DNA of 35,619 bases, taken from positions 1-35,619 of the IMG/VR virus record IMGVR_UViG_3300016662_000042; one strand, given 5' to 3'. This document shows positions 8,217 to 15,280 of the stretch, piece by piece. Position numbers and translations under genes: made by a program. Source of the DNA: a virus. Its lineage: Duplodnaviria > Caudoviricetes. The notes beneath the pieces were generated by a model. It saw only the letters and a list, made by a program, of their open reading frames with translations. It was not told where the DNA came from and ran no database searches. Numbering within the stretch: position 1 is the stretch's first letter; every line of letters starts with the position of its first letter.

Positions 8217-8641
8217 GCGCGATCGACCGCCGCATGCTGATCAGCGACCGGGATTTCGCCTCCGCGCTGGAGGAGTTCCTGATCCTCACGCGGCCGATGC
8301 TCGACATGCCGCGGATGGAGCGGACGCAGCAGCTGCGGGCCGCATGGCTCGCGGCGGCGCAAGGGGCGGTGCGGTGCCTCACGGCAGGGGCGCCTTCGGC
8401 AGCGCTCACGGTGGCCGACCAGGCGCGCGCGCTGCATGCCGACGCCGTGCGCCTGGCGCGGGCGGCAGGCCTCACCGCGGCCGACCTGATGGCCGGCTAT
8501 GACGACGTCGCCGAACGCGAACCGCGCCCGGCCGATGCGCGCGAGCGCCGGGCCGTGATGGCGGCAGCGGCCGTCGCGATCCGCGGCCGCCTCCTAGGCC
8601 TGGAAGCAGCGTCGCTCGTCCAGCCGGCTGCGGAGGCCTGA
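8213..8641 (+). CDS. Hypothetical early protein
   Basis: ATGA coupling; Ala-rich helical ORF. Confidence 0.65.
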   Translation: MSAIDRRMLISDRDFASALEEFLILTRPMLDMPRMERTQQLRAAWLAAAQGAVRCLTAGAPSAALTVADQARALHADAVRLARAAGLTAADLMAGYDDVAEREPRPADARERRAVMAAAAVAIRGRLLGLEAASLVQPAAEA

Positions 8642-8675
8642 GCCGATGTCTCGCATTCGCACGGTCGCGCATCGC

Positions 8676-9215
8676 TTAACTTGCTGTTCGCCTAGTGGCT
8701 TGCGGGCCGCGTTCGATAATCGCGAACTGCAATTCAGCCTTCCGCAGCTCGCGTTCTATCGCTTCGACGTGCGCTTGCGGATCGGCACCGTTTCCGCCCC
8801 CCACCAAGACGCTCCACGCGCGCATCCCTTCAGTTTCAATTGCCCGGAGATGGAACGAAAGAAGGCGCGTCGCCTTAAGGCACTGCCAAGTCTTCGCCTG
8901 ACTCGGGACGATCTGGTCCAGCGCGATCGGCAGCGGCTGAGAGTTTTCGTCGATCAGAGCCTTGAGCGCATGCTCATCTCTTGCAGCCGCAGCTCGTGCA
9001 AACCCGCGCGCCCGACCGATCGTCTCCCTTGCCAACGATCTGACGTACCTTACTTCTTCGTCGCTCGCCTCGCGTCGCCCAGCTTCGGCGCGCCTCGCAC
9101 TGCCTTGATCGATCCAGATTGCGGCGGCAATGGCACCCACCGATCCGATCGCTTGAACCCAGGCAGCCCAAACTTCAGGGCTGATCGCGGAGGCGTATGC
9201 GATAACGTCCCACAT
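8676..9215 (-). CDS. Reverse-oriented accessory (moron-like) protein with N-terminal transmembrane helix
   Basis: RBS GGGAGGAG before ATG 9215; WAAWVQAIGSVGAIAAAIWI hydrophobic segment; locally less GC-rich; TAA stop. Confidence 0.75.
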   Translation of the reverse strand: MWDVIAYASAISPEVWAAWVQAIGSVGAIAAAIWIDQGSARRAEAGRREASDEEVRYVRSLARETIGRARGFARAAAARDEHALKALIDENSQPLPIALDQIVPSQAKTWQCLKATRLLSFHLRAIETEGMRAWSVLVGGGNGADPQAHVEAIERELRKAELQFAIIERGPQATRRTAS

Positions 9216-9292
9216 CAAGAGACTCCTCCCGTTAAACGCACACCGACGTTAGCCCTTAAGCTCTGTGGATCGCTCGGGCGCGAGGCGCGGCC

Positions 9293-10033
9293 ATGACCAA
9301 CCGCCGCCGCCTGCTTTCCGCGTTTCACGGCCTCGCCAGGCGGCTCGGCCTCGACGAGGCCGCGCGGCGCGACAAACTGGAGCGCTCGACCGGCGTGCGA
9401 TCAGCGGCGGACCTCGACGCGCGGCAGCTGCTGGCGGTGATTGCCGCCTGGTCACGCGATCTGCCGGCCGGTGAGCGGGACGCCGCCGCAGGCGCACGCG
9501 CCCGCGCGGCCGCCCAGGAGCCGCACCAGCGGCGGGTGAAGGCGCTCTGGATCGGCCTCTACAACCTCGCGGCCATCGATGACGGGAGCGATGCGGCGCT
9601 CGACGCGTTCGTGGCGCGCCAGACCGGCATCGCCGCGCTGCGCTTCCTGCATGCCGAGGCGGCGCCCTCCGTCATTGAGGCCCTGAAGTCCATCGCCGAT
9701 CGCCATGGCTGGGTGCCACGCGACGAGCCCATGGCCGTCACGAAGCTCGGCCAGACCGTCTATACGACCCTCAAGGCCGATACCGGCCTCGCCTGGCGGC
9801 GGGCGCTCGTGCGCCGCCAGTGGCAGCGCCTGGCCGAACTCGGCGCCGTGCAGATCAAGAGCCGGTTCGCGCTTGACGCCTGGCTGAAGGCGGCGCGGAT
9901 CGTGGCCGTCGACAGCGCGCTGGAAGCGCTCGCCGAGGCGCAGCTCGACGCTGCGGCGCGAAAGCTCGGCACGTGGCTTCGCCGCGCCGAGGCGCGCGCG
10001 GCGGCCTCAGCCCAGCGGGTGGCCGGCTCGTGA
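9293..10033 (+). CDS. gemA: GemA/Mu gp16-like (DUF1018) regulatory protein
   Basis: LGLDEAARRDKLERSTGVRSAADL, KALWIGL, ALDAFVARQTG, VIEALK; directly upstream of the Mor-like gene. Confidence 0.85.
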   Translation: MTNRRRLLSAFHGLARRLGLDEAARRDKLERSTGVRSAADLDARQLLAVIAAWSRDLPAGERDAAAGARARAAAQEPHQRRVKALWIGLYNLAAIDDGSDAALDAFVARQTGIAALRFLHAEAAPSVIEALKSIADRHGWVPRDEPMAVTKLGQTVYTTLKADTGLAWRRALVRRQWQRLAELGAVQIKSRFALDAWLKAARIVAVDSALEALAEAQLDAAARKLGTWLRRAEARAAASAQRVAGS

Positions 10034-10419
10034 GCAACGAGGGGCCCTACCAGGTGGTGCTGCGCGCCGGCGGCCCGATCGCCGCCGCTGCGCTGTGCCG
10101 CGCCTATGGCGGCCGCCGCATCAAGATCCCGCGCACGATCAGCCCCGAGCATCGGATCGCCCAGGCCATCGGCCACACGGCGGCGCTCGCGCTCGCCAGT
10201 GCCTTCGGCGGCGAGCAGATCACGGTCCCGCTGTACGATCAGAACCGCGAGCGCCAGATGCGGCGCGCGATCCTCGACATGCTGCGTGACGGAAGCGCCT
10301 CGGCCAATGCGATCGCGGCGGCCGTCGGCTGCCATGTGCGGACGGTCTACAAGCTCCGCGGCGAGCTCCGAGACACGCGCCAGCTCGATCTCTTCGCCTC
10401 GAAGCAAGCCGAGGGCTGA
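10030..10419 (+). CDS. Mor/C-like transcriptional activator
   Basis: LCRAYGGRRIKIP, FGGEQITVP, C-terminal HTH SANAIAAAVGCHVRTVYK; GTGA coupling; lies just before lysis genes. Confidence 0.82.
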   Translation: MSNEGPYQVVLRAGGPIAAAALCRAYGGRRIKIPRTISPEHRIAQAIGHTAALALASAFGGEQITVPLYDQNRERQMRRAILDMLRDGSASANAIAAAVGCHVRTVYKLRGELRDTRQLDLFASKQAEG

Positions 10420-10430
10420 ACGCATTCAGC
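10415..10430 (+). promoter_or_regulatory. Late-promoter activator box 1 (lysis operon), GCTGAACGCATTCAGC
   Basis: Palindrome repeated at 18231 and 31536; -10-like CAAGGT ends 31 nt downstream. Confidence 0.75.
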
Positions 10431-10483
10431 CTCCTGTGCCCGCGCGCGCGCGGGCCAAGGTCCGCCCGAAAGGCGGACAGGCC

Positions 10484-10933
10484 ATGCGCATCATCGTCAC
10501 CCTCCATCGCGACCGTCGCCGCGCAGGTTCGTTCGAGCTGCGCAATGACGCGGGCGAACTGCTGCTCGCGGGTCCTGCGCTTGGCCGCGCCGCGCAGGAG
10601 ATCGCGACGCGTGACCGCAACCCGACGCGGGACCCGCTCAAGCGGTCGGGGGACACGCCGACCGGCACCTATATCGGGCGCTGGCACAAACTGCCGGCCT
10701 ACATGGAAGGGTTCGGCCCTGCGCTGATCCGGCTCGACCCGACCGCAGGCGATGCCCTGCGGGCGAAGCAGAACGGGCGTCACGGCCTCGCCATCCACGG
10801 CGGCCGCGGCAGCGCGCGGCTCGTGCCGACCGGTGGCTGCGTCCGCCTCCTCGACAGCGACTTCGAGCGCCTCGCCGTGGCGCTGGCCATTGCGAACATC
10901 AAGTCGCTCCCCGTCACCGTCCAGGAGCAGTGA
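10484..10933 (+). CDS. YkuD/L,D-transpeptidase catalytic-domain protein in the endolysin position
   Basis: GDTPTGTY, GLAIHGG, PTGGCVRL (His...T-x-G-C-V-R signature); first gene of the lysis cassette; no signal peptide. Confidence 0.85.
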   Translation: MRIIVTLHRDRRRAGSFELRNDAGELLLAGPALGRAAQEIATRDRNPTRDPLKRSGDTPTGTYIGRWHKLPAYMEGFGPALIRLDPTAGDALRAKQNGRHGLAIHGGRGSARLVPTGGCVRLLDSDFERLAVALAIANIKSLPVTVQEQ

Positions 10934-11178
10934 CCATGACGATGCGCATCCGCATCACCAACGAAGAGCAGCCCGGCAGCCCGCACAAAGTCGCGTGGAT
11001 CAAGCGCATGCCGAACGGGACAATTCTCGACTTCGGCGTGATCGAGCCGGGTGGCGCCGTGGCGACGTTCACGCACGGCGATTTGCGGGTCGAAACCTGG
11101 GAGGTCGACCGCGCGCGGGCCGAGGCCTTCAATCGCGAGATGCGGGAGCGCGCCGGAAAAGCGCCGGGTGGCGCATGA
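10930..11178 (+). CDS. Hypothetical protein in the lysis cassette
   Basis: Coupled GTGA/ATGA; RBS CAGGAG; start may be ATG 10936. Confidence 0.65.
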   Translation: MTMTMRIRITNEEQPGSPHKVAWIKRMPNGTILDFGVIEPGGAVATFTHGDLRVETWEVDRARAEAFNREMRERAGKAPGGA

Positions 11179-11444
11179 GCGAGACCGATCCCAAGCCCGC
11201 GCGCATCATCGCCGAGGGCAACTGGTTCTTCCGCCGCATCCTGACCTTCGCCACGGCGATCGCGGTGCTCGGACTCGTGGCGTGGATCATCGCGCTCGTT
11301 CCGGCCGAGCTCCTGCCTGGCATCGCCTATGGCCTGCTGATCATCCACGGCCTGACGGTGATCGCCTATCTGCTGGGCCCCACCGCCGAGCACATCACGG
11401 GCTTCGCGGCGGCGCTGAAGGCGCTTGTGGAGCGCAAGCCATGA
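11175..11444 (+). CDS. Putative holin (two transmembrane helices)
   Basis: 89 aa; RRILTFATAIAVLGLVAWIIALV and GIAYGLLIIHGLTVIAYLLG; charged C-terminus; lysis context. Confidence 0.7.
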   Translation: MSETDPKPARIIAEGNWFFRRILTFATAIAVLGLVAWIIALVPAELLPGIAYGLLIIHGLTVIAYLLGPTAEHITGFAAALKALVERKP

Positions 11445-12067
11445 TCGGCTGGTTCAGGCGCGCGCTGGGCGGCCTCGCCGGCGATGACGTGATCGTGGTG
11501 CTGCTGTTTTCGGGCATGGCCGCGGTCGCCGGCTGGGGCCTCGGCTACACGCAGGGGCGGATCGACGAGGCTGCCGCCGCGCGCGCCGATCGCGAGCGCG
11601 CGCTCGCAGCCGAGCGCGAAGCGCAGGACGAGAAGCTCGCGCAGATCCAGCAGCAGCACACCGCGCAACTGATCGCGCAGCACGAGGTCCACCAACGCGC
11701 GCTCGAGGCGGTTGCCGCCGCGGGCCGCGCCCAGGAGCGCGCCTCTGCCGCCGTCCGAACCCTCCGCGCAGACACACGACAGGACCTCGCCGATGATGCG
11801 CTCCGCACCCGCTGCCTGCCTGATGCTCTTGCTCGCCGCCTGCGCGACGCCGCCCGTGACGCGGAGCGTGCCCGCACCGCTTCCGGCGCCGGACGCGCGG
11901 CTGATGGAGCCGCTACGCCCGATCCCGCGCCCTCAGCCGAGCGGTGCCTCACCGTCGGCGATCTCGCCGACTACACCGCCGACCTCCTGACCTTCGCCGC
12001 CGAAGCAGCGCCGCTCGCAGACGGGCTGCAGGCCTACATCCGCGCCTTGCCAATGGAGGGACGATGA
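11441..12067 (+). CDS. i-spanin (Rz-like)
   Basis: N-terminal TM helix, Ala/Arg/Gln coiled coil, C-terminal GLQAYIR; contains a nested lipoprotein gene. Confidence 0.75.
   Translation: MIGWFRRALGGLAGDDVIVVLLFSGMAAVAGWGLGYTQGRIDEAAAARADRERALAAEREAQDEKLAQIQQQHTAQLIAQHEVHQRALEAVAAAGRAQERASAAVRTLRADTRQDLADDALRTRCLPDALARRLRDAARDAERARTASGAGRAADGAATPDPAPSAERCLTVGDLADYTADLLTFAAEAAPLADGLQAYIRALPMEGR
11793..11990 (+). CDS. o-spanin (Rz1-like) lipoprotein nested in the +1 frame
   Basis: MMRSAPAACLMLLLAAC lipobox then Pro-rich mature part; upstream CAGGA. Confidence 0.78.
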   Translation: MMRSAPAACLMLLLAACATPPVTRSVPAPLPAPDARLMEPLRPIPRPQPSGASPSAISPTTPPTS

Positions 12068-12405
12068 TCCCCGAAACCACGCTCTCGTTCCTTGCGCTCG
12101 TCGGCTCGCTCATCACGTGCGGGATCGTGGTCTCGACCTATGTCCGCGGCGGGGTCTGGCGCGACAAGGATGACTCGGCCCGGCTGTGGGGCGCGATCGA
12201 CCAGCTCGGCGTGCGCGTCACGCGCATCGAGCAGGCGCTCGAAGCGCTGCCGACGGCCAGCCTGATCCACGAGATGCGCGAGGCGCTGGCCGAGATGCGG
12301 GCCAGCACGCAGAGCGAGCTCAAGCACATCCAGAAGGACGTCGAGGCGGCGATCGACGGCGTACGCCGGATCGAGTCCCACCTCATGCACAACAAGGCGC
12401 CGTGA
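12064..12405 (+). CDS. Mu gp25-like (DUF2730) membrane-anchored coiled-coil protein
   Basis: N-terminal TM, RVTRIEQALEALPT, coiled coil; synteny. Confidence 0.7.
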   Translation: MIPETTLSFLALVGSLITCGIVVSTYVRGGVWRDKDDSARLWGAIDQLGVRVTRIEQALEALPTASLIHEMREALAEMRASTQSELKHIQKDVEAAIDGVRRIESHLMHNKAP

Positions 12406-12698
12406 TGTCGTACCTGGAGAAGACCTTCCGCCCGCACCTCCGGCTCACGCTGCTGCGGCTGCTGCATGAGGCGCCGGAATACAGCCTCAATGCCTCGATC
12501 CTGCGCGATGGCGCCCAGGCGGCGGGCCTCACCGCCAGCCGCGACCAGATCGAGAGCGAGATCGCCTGGCTCTCGGAGCAGGATCTGGTGACGGTCACGA
12601 GCGTCGGCAGTCTCACCATCGCGCGCCTCACGCTGCGCGGCCACGACGTGGCAGCCGGCAGCGCCGTAGTGCCCGGCGTCAAGCGCCCGAGCCCGTGA
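12405..12698 (+). CDS. Mu gp26-like winged-helix protein
   Basis: RLTLLRLL...YSLNASIL...SRDQI...WLSEQDLV...LTLRGHDVAAG...PGVKRP. Confidence 0.8.
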   Translation: MSYLEKTFRPHLRLTLLRLLHEAPEYSLNASILRDGAQAAGLTASRDQIESEIAWLSEQDLVTVTSVGSLTIARLTLRGHDVAAGSAVVPGVKRPSP

Positions 12699-12705
12699 GG
12701 CTGCG

Positions 12706-13260
12706 ATGGCGCGCAAAAGCCGGATCAAGCGCGAGCTGCCCGCCGACGTCCTGAGCGAGCTGAACGCGCAGATCGCCGATGGCCGCCGCACGGTCGACGA
12801 GCTCACGGCGTGGCTCGCCGAGCGCGGCCATCCGATGCCGCGCTCGAACGTCCACCGCTACGCGCAGGAGGTGGAGGAGGTCGCCCGTGAGATCCGCGAG
12901 ACCAAGGAGATCGCGACCAGCCTGTTCGCCTCCACGCCCGCCGGTGACGACGGCGCGATGCAGCAGCAGCTCACCGAGATGCTGCATGTCGTCCTGCACA
13001 AGGGCTTCCGGGCGCTGGTGAAGGAAGAGAACCCGGCGATCAGCCCGGAGGACCTGCACTTCCTCGCGCGCACGATCAAGGACCTCTCGGCCGCGCAGAA
13101 GACGAGCGTCGACCGGATGCTGAACGCCGCGAAGCTCCAGGCCGCGAAGGAGGCCCTGAAGAAGGCCGCAACGGCGGCCGAGGGCGCTGCGCGCAAGGCC
13201 GGCATGACGAAGGAGACGGTCGCGCAGATCCGCCACGCCGTACTCGGGGTCGAGCAATGA
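12706..13260 (+). CDS. Mu gp27-like (DUF3486) putative small terminase subunit
   Basis: MARKSRI, SNVHRY, C-terminal GMTKETVAQIRHAVLG; upstream of the terminase. Confidence 0.82.
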   Translation: MARKSRIKRELPADVLSELNAQIADGRRTVDELTAWLAERGHPMPRSNVHRYAQEVEEVAREIRETKEIATSLFASTPAGDDGAMQQQLTEMLHVVLHKGFRALVKEENPAISPEDLHFLARTIKDLSAAQKTSVDRMLNAAKLQAAKEALKKAATAAEGAARKAGMTKETVAQIRHAVLGVEQ

Positions 13261-13778
13261 GCCGCGATCCGATCGCCGCGATCCGCTTCCACGCCGCGCG
13301 CGGCATGAGCCGGCGCATGCTGGCCCGCATCTATGGCGCTGAGCGCGTCGTCCAGGCGCTCGATGTGCCGCCGCCCGCGCCGGCGCCAGCTGTGCCGCCG
13401 TTCGAGGACGAGCCGGACCCCGAGCCCGGCCTGGACGATGAACCTGACGGCGAGCCGGAGCCGGACCCGGAGCCAGATCCTGATCCCGAACCCGACGCGC
13501 CGATGCCGCTGCGCATGGCGCTCCCCGATGAGGCGACCGAGGAGCCGCGGCCGAAGGTGATCGCGGGCCCGAGCCTCGGACGATCGCTCCCCCAGGTCGA
13601 GGCGCGCAGCGTTGCCGAACGTGCGGCACAGGAGGCCGAGACGCGGCGCCTGGTCGAGGACGCCATCCGCGATGGCCGCGTCACCCGCTGCCCGGCGGTC
13701 GGCTCGGGCGATCCGCGCCTGAGCGCCTATGCCGAGCGTGAGGCCAGCTTGCGCTCGTGGAGCGGGCGCAAGAGATGA
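13257..13778 (+). CDS. Hypothetical protein with an acidic Pro-rich repeat linker
   Basis: ATGA coupling both ends; EPDPEP repeats; C-terminal IRDGRVTRCP. Confidence 0.7.
   Translation: MSRDPIAAIRFHAARGMSRRMLARIYGAERVVQALDVPPPAPAPAVPPFEDEPDPEPGLDDEPDGEPEPDPEPDPDPEPDAPMPLRMALPDEATEEPRPKVIAGPSLGRSLPQVEARSVAERAAQEAETRRLVEDAIRDGRVTRCPAVGSGDPRLSAYAEREASLRSWSGRKR
13404..13500 (+). repeat. Degenerate coding tandem repeat (Glu/Asp-Pro)n
   Basis: GAGCCGGACCCG-like units encoding EDEPDPEPGLDDEPDGEPEPDPEPDPDPEPD. Confidence 0.7.
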
Positions 13779-15280
13779 GCGAGGCCATCAGCAAGACCCG
13801 GTCGGACGAGGCGTTTGCCGCCCTCGCGGTGCTGCCGCGGGGCAACCTGCTCCTGCCATATCAGCAGGCAGCCTCCCGCCTCGTGCTGGAGCACGCGCTG
13901 CTGGTGATCGAGAAGTCGCGCCGGATCGGCCTCACCTGGGGGCTTGCCTCGCATGCGGTGCTGACGGCGGCGGCCCAGCGCGGCGAGGGCGGACAGGACG
14001 CGCTCTACATCTCCTACAGCCAGGAGATGACGCGCGAGTTCATCGACGCCTGCGCGATGTGGGCGCGGGCCTTCGTCCTCGGCGCCGCGGAGGCCGGCGA
14101 ATTCCTGTTCGACGATCAGCAGCCCGACGGCACGACGCGGCAAATCAAGGCCTTCCGGATCTCGTTCGCCTCCGGTTTCGAGATCATCGCGCTGTCGAGC
14201 GCACCGCGATCGCTGCGCGGCAAGCAGGGCCTCGTCATCATCGACGAGGCGGCCTTCGTGGACCAGCTCGCCGAGCTCCTCAAGGCAGCGCTCGCGCTCC
14301 TGATGTGGGGCGGCCGCGTGGTGGTCGTGAGCACGCACAACGGCGTCGACAATCCGTTCAACGGCCTGATCGACGAGGTGCGCAGCGGGCGGCGCGCGGG
14401 CCATGTGCAGACGATCACCTTCGCCGACGCGCTGGCGCAGGGCCTCTACGAGCGCGTGTGCCTGGTAAAGGGCGTCGCGCCCACGGCCGAGGGTCGCGCG
14501 GCCTGGGAGGCCGAGATCAGGGCCTTCTACGGCGACGACGCCGCCGAAGAGCTCGACTGCGTGCCGAGCACCGGTTCCGGCGCCTGGCTTGATGCCGGCG
14601 CGCTTGCCGCGTGCATGACGGAAGAGGCCGGTGATCCGGCACTCTACCGCGGCGGCATCACCTATGTGGGCCGGGACGTCTCGCGCCGCCGCGACCTCTC
14701 GGTCATCCACGCCTATGAGCAGGTGGGCCGCGCGCTCGTGCTGCGCGAGCGCTGGCTGGGCCACAAGGCGACCTTCGCGGAGCAGGCCACCGTTTTTGCC
14801 CGCGTGCTCAAGCAGTACCGCGTCCTGCGCGCCCTGATCGACCAGACCGGGATGGGCGAGGCGGTTGTAGAACAGGCCATCACGGATCACGGCAGCCGCG
14901 TCGGCGGCGTGCTCTTCACAGGGCCCAATCGCCTCGACATGGCGATCGCACTCAAGCAGCGCGTGGACGAGGGCACGATCCGCCTGCCAAACGATCCGGC
15001 ACTTCGCCGCGACCTCATGGCGATCAAGAAGGCGCGGCAGAAGGGCGACGGCCCGCCGCGGCTTGTGAACGAGGGCGAGGTGCACGCGGACGAGTTCTGG
15101 GCCGCCGCGCTCGCCTGCCTCGCTGCCAACGAAACCCTCGTCGCCATGGAAGGCTACGAGGCCGCACCGCGCGCCCCCCGCAGTCCGCTCGATGGCGCCA
15201 GGCGCGGCCAGCCCGATCGCATGACCATGCGGCCCGGCGGCGATGACGCGCCCGGCCGGAAAGGACGCGCCCTATGGTGA
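13775..15280 (+). CDS. Terminase large subunit (Mu gp28-like)
   Basis: LLPYQ, EKSRRIGLTW, VIIDEAAF, VVSTHNG, IDQTGMG, HADEFWA. Confidence 0.93.
   Translation: MSEAISKTRSDEAFAALAVLPRGNLLLPYQQAASRLVLEHALLVIEKSRRIGLTWGLASHAVLTAAAQRGEGGQDALYISYSQEMTREFIDACAMWARAFVLGAAEAGEFLFDDQQPDGTTRQIKAFRISFASGFEIIALSSAPRSLRGKQGLVIIDEAAFVDQLAELLKAALALLMWGGRVVVVSTHNGVDNPFNGLIDEVRSGRRAGHVQTITFADALAQGLYERVCLVKGVAPTAEGRAAWEAEIRAFYGDDAAEELDCVPSTGSGAWLDAGALAACMTEEAGDPALYRGGITYVGRDVSRRRDLSVIHAYEQVGRALVLRERWLGHKATFAEQATVFARVLKQYRVLRALIDQTGMGEAVVEQAITDHGSRVGGVLFTGPNRLDMAIALKQRVDEGTIRLPNDPALRRDLMAIKKARQKGDGPPRLVNEGEVHADEFWAAALACLAANETLVAMEGYEAAPRAPRSPLDGARRGQPDRMTMRPGGDDAPGRKGRALW

Noticed and set aside
9228-9262. Possible CtrA box (several TTAA/TTAG half-sites)
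   Set aside because: Spacing does not fit TTAA-N7-TTAA on either strand
8646-9296. Plus-strand 216-aa ORF that would keep the operon co-directional
   Set aside because: Arg/Ser/Pro-rich sequence with no recognisable motif; the minus-strand ORF has a strong RBS and a TM segment
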